Shown: one piece after another, positions 9,712 to 18,688 of the stretch | Position numbering within the stretch: position 1 is the first letter of the stretch | Layout: each line of letters begins with the position of its first letter | IMG/VR virus record: IMGVR_UViG_3300032249_000542 | Coordinates: 96,001-160,000 of that record | From: a virus | Strand: one strand, 5' to 3' | Length of the DNA stretch: 64,000 nucleotides | Translations under genes and position numbers: made by a program | The notes under the pieces: model-generated | The model's database searches: none | What the model was told of the DNA's origin: nothing | Seen by the model: the letters and a program-made list of their open reading frames with translations, nothing else

Positions 9712-10962
9712 ATGTCAAAAGCAGCTAATAACGCAACAGAACTAGATTACATAAACTATATTCCATCGAATAATAGTATAAACTTTACGGCTACAGTAAT
9801 TGGTAATGGTTCTCCTATTGCAGATGCAACGGCAGGAGATTATGCAAATTCATCATTCATAAAAGCGAATAGTGCATATACAAGTCAGAATACAACTGGA
9901 ACATATGCTAATGCTTCATACGCACAAGCAAACTCAGCGGCACTTTATGCTAACGGTGCGTTTATAAAAGCTAATTCTGCAGCACAATATGGTTCAAACA
10001 CTAGTACCACATCGGCACTTGCATTACCTTATGGAACAACTGCGGAACGTCCAGCAAGTCCTCAAGTTGGAATGCTCAGATACAACTCATCATTGAGTAG
10101 AGTAGAAGCATATCTTTCTGCAACTGGATGGGCAAGTGTTATTGCCGACACATATCAAATAGACTATTTGGTTGTTGGTGGTGGAGGTGGAGGAGGTTCT
10201 CGTCACGGAGGCGGTGGCGGTGCAGGTGGATTTAGAGCTGTTACAGGATTTCTTGTAACTGGAGGAACTGCATATCCCGTTACTGTTGGTGCAGGTGGTC
10301 CGGGAAATAGTGATGCTGGAACTGCAACTGTTGGTACAAGCGGTAGTGATTCTGTTTTCTCAACTGTAACATCACTTGGTGGAGGTGCAGGTGGAGGAAA
10401 CGCTGCTCCAGGTGGTTTGGTTGGTGGTTCAGGAGGTGGTGGTGGAGCAGGTAGTCCTGCTGGAGCTGCAACAGCAATAACTCCAGTTTTTGGAGAAACT
10501 ACAACTGTACAGGGTTATGCTGGTGGAAGTGGTGCAAGTCCGTTTAATCAAGATTATCTTGGTGGCGGTGGTGGTGGTGCAGGTGGAGTTGGACAAGTTG
10601 CCAATGGCGGAAAAGCAGGTGGTGCTGGTGCAACATCAGCAATAACTGGTTCAACTGTAACTTACGCTTGCGGTGGTGGTGGTGGTGCGTTCCAAGGACT
10701 GGGTGCTGGCGGTCCTGGTGGAGATGGTGGATCCAGTAACGTAAACGGCGGTAGAGGTCAAGGTAACAATGCAGGTAGTAACGGTACAGCATATACTGGA
10801 ACTGGTGGAGGCGGTGGTGGTTCTACGGGAGGATTCAATGGTGGATCAGGAGTAGTTATTATTCGTTACACAGGATCACAAAAAGGTTCAGGCGGTACTG
10901 TAACGTCATCGGGTGGTTATACGATACACACGTTTACAGGCACAGGAACATTCACAGCATAA
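9712..10962 (+). CDS. Glycine-rich tail fibre/adhesin-like protein
   Basis: Same architecture as the 5963 ORF; N-terminus resembles the 1104 and 5963 ORFs (MSKAxxNAxELxYI). Confidence 0.7.
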   Translation: MSKAANNATELDYINYIPSNNSINFTATVIGNGSPIADATAGDYANSSFIKANSAYTSQNTTGTYANASYAQANSAALYANGAFIKANSAAQYGSNTSTTSALALPYGTTAERPASPQVGMLRYNSSLSRVEAYLSATGWASVIADTYQIDYLVVGGGGGGGSRHGGGGGAGGFRAVTGFLVTGGTAYPVTVGAGGPGNSDAGTATVGTSGSDSVFSTVTSLGGGAGGGNAAPGGLVGGSGGGGGAGSPAGAATAITPVFGETTTVQGYAGGSGASPFNQDYLGGGGGGAGGVGQVANGGKAGGAGATSAITGSTVTYACGGGGGAFQGLGAGGPGGDGGSSNVNGGRGQGNNAGSNGTAYTGTGGGGGGSTGGFNGGSGVVIIRYTGSQKGSGGTVTSSGGYTIHTFTGTGTFTA

Positions 10963-10965
10963 ATA
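10959..10965 (+). promoter_or_regulatory. Putative late promoter (ATAAATA) for neck genes
   Basis: cATAAATAg directly upstream of gp13. Confidence 0.55.
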
Positions 10966-10972
10966 GACGACT

Positions 10973-11926
10973 ATGGCAAAACCAAGCAACCGCACAGATT
11001 TTAAAGATTACTGTTTAAGAAAACTAGGTTTTCCAGTAATTCAAATTAACGTAGATGACGATCAAGTAGAAGATCGCATTGACGAAGCACTTCAATTCTG
11101 GAATGACTATCACTATGATGGTACAGAAAAGACTTACTTCAAACATCGTATTCAACAGGCAGACATTGACCGTGGATGGATTTACTGTCCAGATTCGGTT
11201 ACATTCGTAACTGGTGTTATCCCTTTTGATGAATCTAATTCGTCAATCAATATGTTTGACCTTCGTTATCAATTACGTCTGCATGACCTCTATGACTTCA
11301 CATCGGTATCGTATGTGTCATATGAAATTACAATGCAACACATTCGTACATTAAATCTATTATTTTCTGGTACTCCACAATTTAGATTTAATCGTCATCA
11401 AAATAGATTACACTTAGACATCGACTGGACAAGAGACTTACAAGTTGGTCAGTATGTTGTTATGGAATGTTATCGTAGAATGAGTGCTGATGTAACAACA
11501 TTAACTGGTACAGCAACCGCCAATACTACATCAAATTTTGTAATAGGTACAGGTACATATTTTGATAAAGAAATATTAGAAAAAGATTTTGTTACTATTG
11601 GTACAGAAACAAAACAAATTATTACAATTATTTCTCCAACACAAATGATAGTGGATAGTCCATATAGTTCTAACACAAGTGGACTAACAATTGTTAAAGA
11701 AGGCGATACCGATGTTTGGAATGACCGTTTTCTAAAAAGATATGCGACTGCATTAATCAAACGTCAATGGGGAAACAATCTTAAAAAGTTTGGTGGAATA
11801 CAAATGCCTGGTGGAGTTGTATTAAATGGTAAAGAAATATACGACGAAGCTGAAGAAGAAATAGAAAAGTTAGAGGAAGATTTAATTAGTACAAATGTGT
11901 TACCAGGTGACATGTTTGTAGGATAA
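10973..11926 (+). CDS. gp13: Neck protein gp13
   Basis: YCLRKLGFPVIQINVDDDQVEDRIDEALQ and KRQWGNNLKKF.GIQMPGGV.LNG motifs; T4-like synteny. Confidence 0.93.
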   Translation: MAKPSNRTDFKDYCLRKLGFPVIQINVDDDQVEDRIDEALQFWNDYHYDGTEKTYFKHRIQQADIDRGWIYCPDSVTFVTGVIPFDESNSSINMFDLRYQLRLHDLYDFTSVSYVSYEITMQHIRTLNLLFSGTPQFRFNRHQNRLHLDIDWTRDLQVGQYVVMECYRRMSADVTTLTGTATANTTSNFVIGTGTYFDKEILEKDFVTIGTETKQIITIISPTQMIVDSPYSSNTSGLTIVKEGDTDVWNDRFLKRYATALIKRQWGNNLKKFGGIQMPGGVVLNGKEIYDEAEEEIEKLEEDLISTNVLPGDMFVG

Positions 11927-11932
11927 TGACGA

Positions 11933-12844
11933 ATGTCAACTAATTTTTATTTTAATAATTTTCCTAAAGATCACATAACCGAAGAACAACTTTTAGTTGA
12001 AGATTTGGTTATTGAGGCAATGCAAATCTATGGCATGGATGTTTTTTATCTTCCAAGAACTAGTCGTGATGTAGTAGATACAATCTATGGTGAGGACACA
12101 TTAAAACAATACATTAATGCCTACCCAATTGAAATGTATCTTGAGAATGTTACGGGTATGGAAGGTGAAGGAGACTTCATGTCCAAGTTTGGTCTTGAGA
12201 TTCGTGATGAGATGACCTTACTTGTTTCACGCCGCAGATTTAAATACTCAACAGGTGCATCTAATCTAATTCGTCCACGTGAAGGTGATTTAGTTTATGT
12301 ACCTTTATTACAAAACTTTTTTGAAATAACTTTTGTCGAACATGAAAACGATCAGGCAATGTTCTATACGTTAGGACGTGGTCGTGGTGGTAATGTTTAT
12401 GTGTATGCATTGAAGTTGAAACAGTTTGTATTCTCAGATGAAGTTGTTGATACTGGAGTTACAGAAGTTGATGAACAAGTGTTTGATTTGTATAGAAGAA
12501 CGAATGTTCCTTATGCTGAAACTGGTAATAATATTAGATACTTGTTAAATGAAATTGTTTATCAGGGAAGTAGTCTTGCAAATGCAAATGCACAGGGTAT
12601 AGTTCATTCAGTTAATACTACAGGTAACAATTATTTGGATCTTGTTCGTGTTCAAGGAAACTTTGCAAACGGAACTATTATAATTGGTGCGACAAGTAAT
12701 GCACGTTACTTAATGCTTGGAACTATAGACGACATGACACCATTTGATACACAAACAGAAGATTTGATTGATAACAATGCTATTGAGTTTGAATCAGATG
12801 ACATCATCGATTTTACTGAAGTTAATCCATTTGGTGAACCATAA
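11933..12844 (+). CDS. gp14: Neck/head-closure protein gp14
   Basis: YGMDVFYLPR, SKFGLEIRDE, RPREGDLVY, DFTEVNPFG; follows gp13. Confidence 0.93.
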   Translation: MSTNFYFNNFPKDHITEEQLLVEDLVIEAMQIYGMDVFYLPRTSRDVVDTIYGEDTLKQYINAYPIEMYLENVTGMEGEGDFMSKFGLEIRDEMTLLVSRRRFKYSTGASNLIRPREGDLVYVPLLQNFFEITFVEHENDQAMFYTLGRGRGGNVYVYALKLKQFVFSDEVVDTGVTEVDEQVFDLYRRTNVPYAETGNNIRYLLNEIVYQGSSLANANAQGIVHSVNTTGNNYLDLVRVQGNFANGTIIIGATSNARYLMLGTIDDMTPFDTQTEDLIDNNAIEFESDDIIDFTEVNPFGEP

Positions 12845-13617
12845 TGTTAGGTAATGCACACTTTTACAATCGTACCATTCGCAAAATTGTTATTGCAATG
12901 GGTACAGTTCTAAACGACATTCAATTAGTAAGATATACTAAGGATGGACTGACGGCAAAAGAAAAGTTTAAAGTACCTTTGTCGTATGGTGCCAAAGAGA
13001 AGTACATTGTTCGTATTAATTCAGATCCAACATTAACTAAATCAGTTGCTGTTGTAGTACCACGTATTTCATTTGAACTTACTGGTATGAGTTACGATTC
13101 ATCACGCAAACAACAAACAACATTGATGAATTGTTCTACTGGCACTAATACAACTTCAAAGACACAATATTTGCCAGTACCATATGACTTTACGTTTGAC
13201 GCTGCAATCTATGTGCGTAATACCGAAGATGGTACACAAATATTAGAACAGATTCTTCCATTCTTTACACCAGACTTTACTGTAACAGCAAAGTTGGTAC
13301 CTAGTTTAAATCGTTCATATGACTTACCTATTATTCTAAATTCAGTTTCAAATGAAGTAGATTATGAAGGAGACTTTATGACTACTCGTTTAATTATTTG
13401 GAACTTGACATTTACAGTTAAAGGTTACATATTCCCAGGAGTAAAAGACTCCAAGATTATTCGTGGTGCAAATACACGTATTGTTGATCTTGCAAACACA
13501 TCACAAGTTTACGTGAAAATTAATTCACAACCTAATCCTGCAAACACCGCTCCTGGTACTCCGGATGATGAGTTTGGATTTGCTGAAATTATAACTGAGG
13601 CTCCGTATGCATCATGA
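12844..13617 (+). CDS. gp15: Tail sheath stabiliser/terminator gp15
   Basis: FYNRTIRK, VPLSYGAKEK, QILEQILPFFTP; synteny. Confidence 0.93.
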   Translation: MLGNAHFYNRTIRKIVIAMGTVLNDIQLVRYTKDGLTAKEKFKVPLSYGAKEKYIVRINSDPTLTKSVAVVVPRISFELTGMSYDSSRKQQTTLMNCSTGTNTTSKTQYLPVPYDFTFDAAIYVRNTEDGTQILEQILPFFTPDFTVTAKLVPSLNRSYDLPIILNSVSNEVDYEGDFMTTRLIIWNLTFTVKGYIFPGVKDSKIIRGANTRIVDLANTSQVYVKINSQPNPANTAPGTPDDEFGFAEIITEAPYAS

Positions 13618-14018
13618 AAAAACTAGACCAAAACTTATCTGATGTTTTTGACATTGAACCACTAGATTCGGTCCAAGTAAGTCAAGAAATTGTTGCAATA
13701 AATAATCCAGTAGTTACAGATGATGCAGACTTTGCCAGAACAAATATTAGGGAACTAATTAATACTGGTAACTTTGCATTGAATAATCTTTTAACTGTTG
13801 CAAAAGAATCAGAAGCACCTAGGGCATATGAAGTTGCGGCAACTTTAATTAAGAATCTCTCAGACCTGAATAAAGATTTGATGGAGATTCAAAAACGCAA
13901 ACAAGACTTGACAGGTGAGAGTACAAAGAATAAAAATATAAATGTAGACAAGGCAGTCTTTGTTGGTTCTACTACCGAATTAGTTAAATTTTTAAAAAAT
14001 AATAAACAGGAAACCTAA
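13614..14018 (+). CDS. gp16: Terminase small subunit gp16
   Basis: SEAPRAYEVA and AVFVGSTTEL motifs. Confidence 0.92.
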   Translation: MKKLDQNLSDVFDIEPLDSVQVSQEIVAINNPVVTDDADFARTNIRELINTGNFALNNLLTVAKESEAPRAYEVAATLIKNLSDLNKDLMEIQKRKQDLTGESTKNKNINVDKAVFVGSTTELVKFLKNNKQET

Positions 14019-14455
14019 TGGAAACATTAATTCAACAATTACGTACTATCCTAGGTACAAATTTTGGTTTGTATTTTAAAGCACATTCATATCATTGGAA
14101 TGTTGAAGGACCACACTTTAGCGACTATCATGTATTTTTAGGAGCGTTATATAATGCAGTTTTCGCAAATACAGATTTGATTGCAGAAAAACTTCGTATG
14201 TTAGGTGTTTATGCACCTCCTTCATTGGCACGTATGTTAGAAAACTGTGATATAAGTACAGATGCAGTTACAATTCCAGATGCACGTATGATGTTTATGG
14301 AATTAAAAATAGACAACGACAGATTAATAACACATCTTCGTGCAGGTATTGCTGCAGCAGAAGGTGCAAACGAACCTGCGATTGGTAACTTTTTACAAGA
14401 CCTTTTGGATCAACATCAAAAACATGCATGGATGATTAGTAGTATTATAAAATAA
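14018..14455 (+). CDS. dps: Dps/ferritin-like DNA-protecting protein
   Basis: KAHSYHWNVEGPHF..YH, D.IAEKLRMLG, C-terminal H.KHAWMI; TAATG overlaps at both ends. Confidence 0.88.
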   Translation: METLIQQLRTILGTNFGLYFKAHSYHWNVEGPHFSDYHVFLGALYNAVFANTDLIAEKLRMLGVYAPPSLARMLENCDISTDAVTIPDARMMFMELKIDNDRLITHLRAGIAAAEGANEPAIGNFLQDLLDQHQKHAWMISSIIK

Positions 14456-16086
14456 TGAATGACGGATATCTTGGTAATGAACGATTAAAACGTGTAGGGA
14501 TAGAGTTATCCTATACCGAAGAGCAAGTATCAGAAATTTTAAAATGTACTGAAGATCCAGTATACTTTATTAAGACCTATGTCAAAATTGTAAACGTAGA
14601 CCACGGACTTGTTCCATTTAATATGTGGAACTTTCAAGAGGACATGGTTCGTGACTTTCACAGCAATCGTTTCTGCATCGCAAAGATGCCACGACAAGTT
14701 GGTAAGACAACAACTACAGTCGGATATATGTTATGGTGTGTACTTTTTCAAGAAGAATATACAGTAGGTATCCTTGCAAACAAAGGACAACTTGCACAAG
14801 ATATTCTTGGAAAGATACAGAAGGCATATGAATATCTTCCTATCTGGTTGCAACAAGGTATCATTACTTGGAACAAACGATCACTAGAACTTGAAAATGG
14901 TTCTAAGATATTTGCGTATGCAACATCAGCTGCAGGTGTTCGTGGTGGTACGTACAACTTAATCTTTCTTGATGAGTTTGCATTCGTTCCACATAACATG
15001 GCAACTGAATTCTTTACATCAACATATCCTGTTATCTCGTCTGGTAAAACGTCTAAAGTAATTATTGTTTCTACTCCTAACGGATTGAATCTATTCTACA
15101 AGATGTGGAAAGATGCGACAGAAGGACGTTCAAACTATAAGACGCTTGAAGTCCATTGGTCACAAGTTCCAGGGAGAGACTTTTTATGGAAAGAAGAAAC
15201 GATACGGAACACTTCTGAAGAACAGTTCCGACAAGAATTTGAAACAGAGTTTATTGGTTCAACGGCAACTCTTATCTCTGGTTCTAAACTTAAAACTCTG
15301 GCTTATTCAAATCCAGTTGAAAGTCAAGAAGGTCTGGATATCTTTGTTAGACCACAACCTGGGCGAATGTATATTGCATGTGTTGATCCATCCGAAGGTG
15401 TGGAACAAGATTATTCAACGATTAACGTATTAGATGTAACGGAGTCACCCTATGTACAAGTTGCAAAGTATCGCAGCAACAAAATACCACTACTATTTCT
15501 TCCTACAATCATCTACTCCTTGGCGAAAAAGTATAATGAAGCGTTTGTATTAATTGAGACAAACAGTATTGGTAAACAAGTTGTAGATATTATGCATTAC
15601 GATTTGGAATATGAGAACATTTATAAAGTAGAACATCATCACATCAAAGGTCAAAGTATCTCTGGTGGATTTAAACGTGCCGCATCATTTGGTGTTCGTA
15701 CAACTAAATCAGTTAAAAAGATTGGTTGTGCCAACTTAAAGACACTAGTGGAAAACGATAAGTTGATTATTCATGACTTTGACACTATTGCGGAAATGAA
15801 TACTTTCTCTCGATATCTGGATACTTATCGAGCAGAAGAAGGAAATAATGATGACTTAGTTATGGGCCTAGTTTTATTTTCATGGTTGGCAGCACAAAGT
15901 TACTTCCGTGAATCAACGAACATAGATGTTAGAAAGATTATGTTAGAAGAAAATAACATGTTAGTAGATGAAGATTTGACACCTGTTGGCATCATAGACA
16001 ACGGTTTACAACCCGAAGAATATGACGATGGACAGGACAAATGGCGTTATGCTGAAAAATTGGGGTATCCAACATCAAGTTTATAA
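14455..16086 (+). CDS. gp17: Terminase large subunit gp17
   Basis: Walker A PRQVGKTT, Walker B IFLDEFAF, STPNG, nuclease DDLVM. Confidence 0.97.
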   Translation: MNDGYLGNERLKRVGIELSYTEEQVSEILKCTEDPVYFIKTYVKIVNVDHGLVPFNMWNFQEDMVRDFHSNRFCIAKMPRQVGKTTTTVGYMLWCVLFQEEYTVGILANKGQLAQDILGKIQKAYEYLPIWLQQGIITWNKRSLELENGSKIFAYATSAAGVRGGTYNLIFLDEFAFVPHNMATEFFTSTYPVISSGKTSKVIIVSTPNGLNLFYKMWKDATEGRSNYKTLEVHWSQVPGRDFLWKEETIRNTSEEQFRQEFETEFIGSTATLISGSKLKTLAYSNPVESQEGLDIFVRPQPGRMYIACVDPSEGVEQDYSTINVLDVTESPYVQVAKYRSNKIPLLFLPTIIYSLAKKYNEAFVLIETNSIGKQVVDIMHYDLEYENIYKVEHHHIKGQSISGGFKRAASFGVRTTKSVKKIGCANLKTLVENDKLIIHDFDTIAEMNTFSRYLDTYRAEEGNNDDLVMGLVLFSWLAAQSYFRESTNIDVRKIMLEENNMLVDEDLTPVGIIDNGLQPEEYDDGQDKWRYAEKLGYPTSSL

Positions 16087-16090
16087 AACA

Positions 16091-16097
16091 CTAAATA
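16091..16097 (+). promoter_or_regulatory. Putative late promoter (CTAAATA) for gp18
   Basis: Intergenic; precedes AAGGAG SD. Confidence 0.6.
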
Positions 16098-16142
16098 GAC
16101 GATAAAGAAAAAATTTGATCCCTCAACTAAAGGAGAAATCCA

Positions 16143-18059
16143 ATGGCATTTAGAAATCCGCAGTCTGTTCAACTTTCAGCCGGCGTAAGCGTATCAGAAG
16201 TTGATCTGACTACTGTTATACCGTCTACTAGTACCTCTATTGGTGCTTTTGCCGGTCCGTTTTCTTGGGGCCCAGTTAATGAAGTGATTACTATATCTGA
16301 TGAAACTCGTCTTGCTGATCGTTTCGGTACTCCAACGTCCAGCAACTATGAATACTGGTTCTCTGCAGCAAACTTTTTAGCATACTCGAACTCATTACGT
16401 GTTGTTCGTTCTGCAAATACAACATCAACACTCAACGCTAGTGCAAATGGCGCAGGTATACTTATTGAGAATGACACAGACTATGACTTAAATCATTCCA
16501 CAGCAAATACACAAAACGGTCCATTTACTGCAAAATACGCAGGAGAGATTGGAAATTCATTAAAGATTTCTATCTGTCCTACTGCTGCTGCGTTTTCATC
16601 TAATCTAACATCAACAACAGGAGTAACATGTAACGCTACTTCTGCTGGAGCAACAACGATTGGTGTTACTGGTTCAGCAACAGCTAATCTAATAGTGGGA
16701 ACTCTAATTTCTTTTGACGGTGGAACATCTTATGTTCGTGTTGCTAACCTAACTGCTAACTCAATTGGTATAGGTTCAGCAGTCGGAACAGGTGGTATTG
16801 TTGTAGGTGCTCCACTTCTACGTAAGTGGGAATATGCAGATAACTTTGGTATTGCTCCAGGAACATCTGACTATGCTACTTCAGTTGGTGGACTTAATGA
16901 CGAAATGCACGTTATTGTTATTGACGAAGATGGTAAGTTTACTGGTGCAGCAAATACGATTGTAGAAAAATGGGCATTTGTATCTAAGGCATCTGATGCT
17001 AAATCAGCTGATGGTTCATCAAACTACTATAAAAATGTTATCAACGATAAATCAAGATATGTTTGGTGGTCAGGACATCAACCAGGTGGTACTAATTGGG
17101 GTACTGCTGCTGCAGGTTTAACATTCACACAAATTAATACCAACTTTACAGCATCCCTATCTGCTGGTGCAGATGGCACAATCGGTAATGCAGATATTAT
17201 TGCAGGTTATAATAAGTTTGCAAATCCTGATTCAGTAGATATTGGTCTAGTTATTTCTGGCCCAGGTAATCAAACAACAGTTACAAGCATGATTTCTTTA
17301 GTAGAAAATCGAGGAGATGCTGTATTATTCATCTCTCCAAATAAAGCAAATGCTGTAGACAACGCAGGAGATGAGGTAACTGATATTGTTGCATATCGTG
17401 ACAATCTAGCTTCATCATCATATGTTGTTATGGACTCTGCATGGAAATATCAGTACGATAAGTATAATGACGTATATCGTTGGGTACCATTAAATGGTGA
17501 CATCGCAGGTCTATGTGCTCGTACAGATTTAGAACGTGATCCTTGGTATTCTCCAGGTGGTTTCTCACGTGGTCAGATCCGTAACAGTATCAAACTAGCA
17601 TGGAATCCAACACAAACAGAACGTGATGATTTATATATTAAAGGTATAAATCCAGTTGTTACTTTCCCAGGTGAAGGTACAGTTCTATTTGGCGATAAGA
17701 CTATGTTAAGTAAGCCTTCGGCGTTTGATCGTATCAATGTTCGTAGACTATTCATTACACTAGAAAAAACTATTGCCCGTGCTTCAAGATCGTCATTGTT
17801 TGAATTCAATGACCAGTTTACAAGAGCTCAATTTGTTTCTATCGTAGAACCATTCTTGCGTGATGTGCAAGGTCGTCGTGGTATTACAGACTTCCGTGTA
17901 GTTTGTGACGAAACAAATAACACCGCAGAAGTAATTGATCGTAACGAATTCCGTGGTGATATCTATATCAAACCGGCACGTTCAATTAACTTTATCCAAC
18001 TAAACTTTGTTGCGGTTCGTACAGGCGTAAGCTTTGAAGAAATCGTTGGCAGATTCTAA
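16143..18059 (+). CDS. gp18: Tail sheath protein gp18
   Basis: GVSVSEVDLT, WYSPGGF.RG, FDRINVRRLF, IYIKPARSINFI.LNFVA. Confidence 0.97.
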   Translation: MAFRNPQSVQLSAGVSVSEVDLTTVIPSTSTSIGAFAGPFSWGPVNEVITISDETRLADRFGTPTSSNYEYWFSAANFLAYSNSLRVVRSANTTSTLNASANGAGILIENDTDYDLNHSTANTQNGPFTAKYAGEIGNSLKISICPTAAAFSSNLTSTTGVTCNATSAGATTIGVTGSATANLIVGTLISFDGGTSYVRVANLTANSIGIGSAVGTGGIVVGAPLLRKWEYADNFGIAPGTSDYATSVGGLNDEMHVIVIDEDGKFTGAANTIVEKWAFVSKASDAKSADGSSNYYKNVINDKSRYVWWSGHQPGGTNWGTAAAGLTFTQINTNFTASLSAGADGTIGNADIIAGYNKFANPDSVDIGLVISGPGNQTTVTSMISLVENRGDAVLFISPNKANAVDNAGDEVTDIVAYRDNLASSSYVVMDSAWKYQYDKYNDVYRWVPLNGDIAGLCARTDLERDPWYSPGGFSRGQIRNSIKLAWNPTQTERDDLYIKGINPVVTFPGEGTVLFGDKTMLSKPSAFDRINVRRLFITLEKTIARASRSSLFEFNDQFTRAQFVSIVEPFLRDVQGRRGITDFRVVCDETNNTAEVIDRNEFRGDIYIKPARSINFIQLNFVAVRTGVSFEEIVGRF

Positions 18060-18065
18060 TAAATA
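18059..18065 (+). promoter_or_regulatory. Putative late promoter (ATAAATA) for gp19
   Basis: Between the gp18 stop and the AGGAG SD of gp19. Confidence 0.6.
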
Positions 18066-18085
18066 AGAGAAACAGGAGAAACTAA

Positions 18086-18631
18086 ATGGCATTTTCAGTA
18101 AATGAATTCCGCTCTCAAATGCAAGGGGACGGAGCACGTCCTAATCTATTTGAAGTCGCTATGCCCTTCCCAACTTTTTCATTACCAGCGAACGCACAAA
18201 CTAAATTAACTTTTATGTGCAAGACGGCGCAGTTACCAGGTTCCACTATTGGTACTGTGCCTGTTCAATATTTTGGACGTGAATTAAAGTTTGCAGGTAA
18301 TAGAAGCTTTGCAGATTGGACAATTTCTATCATCAATGATGAAGATTTTGTTATTCGTAACGCATTCGAAAGATGGATGAATGGAATTAACAGTCACAAC
18401 TTAAACGTAAGAAACCCAGCAGCACTTTTGTTAAGTTCTTACACAGTTGATGCTGATGTTAAACAGTTTGGTAAACGTGGTAACGAATTAAAGAAATATA
18501 AATTCATCGGTGCTTTCCCAACAGATGTATCACCAATCGACGTTGATTGGGGTTCAAATGATGCAATTGAAGAATTTACAGTAACTCTATCATATCAATG
18601 GTGGGAATCCATTGAAGATGGCGTGGTCTAA
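18086..18631 (+). CDS. gp19: Tail tube protein gp19
   Basis: GARPNLFEV, GRELKFAGNRSFADWT, IEEFTVTLSYQWW. Confidence 0.96.
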   Translation: MAFSVNEFRSQMQGDGARPNLFEVAMPFPTFSLPANAQTKLTFMCKTAQLPGSTIGTVPVQYFGRELKFAGNRSFADWTISIINDEDFVIRNAFERWMNGINSHNLNVRNPAALLLSSYTVDADVKQFGKRGNELKKYKFIGAFPTDVSPIDVDWGSNDAIEEFTVTLSYQWWESIEDGVV

Positions 18632-18633
18632 AA

Positions 18634-18667
18634 GGGAGTAGGGGATTTTCCCCTATTCTCTCTTTTT
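18634..18667 (+). terminator. Intrinsic terminator after gp19
   Basis: GGGAGTAGGGGA-TTT-TCCCCTATTCTC 12-bp stem (two G-U pairs) followed by TCTTTTT. Confidence 0.75.
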
Positions 18668-18688
18668 ATAGAATGAGAGGTACCTAAA

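Noticed and set aside
439-10792. Many alternative-frame and minus-strand ORFs over the Gly-rich genes (V/L/E-rich or H/P-rich)
   Set aside because: They are shadows of GGT/GGA codon runs, which lack stops in other frames; no SD or protein-like composition.
1-10962. Diversity-generating retroelement acting on fibre C-termini
   Set aside because: No reverse transcriptase in the window and no template/variable repeat pair differing only at adenines; the shared blocks are short coding anchors.
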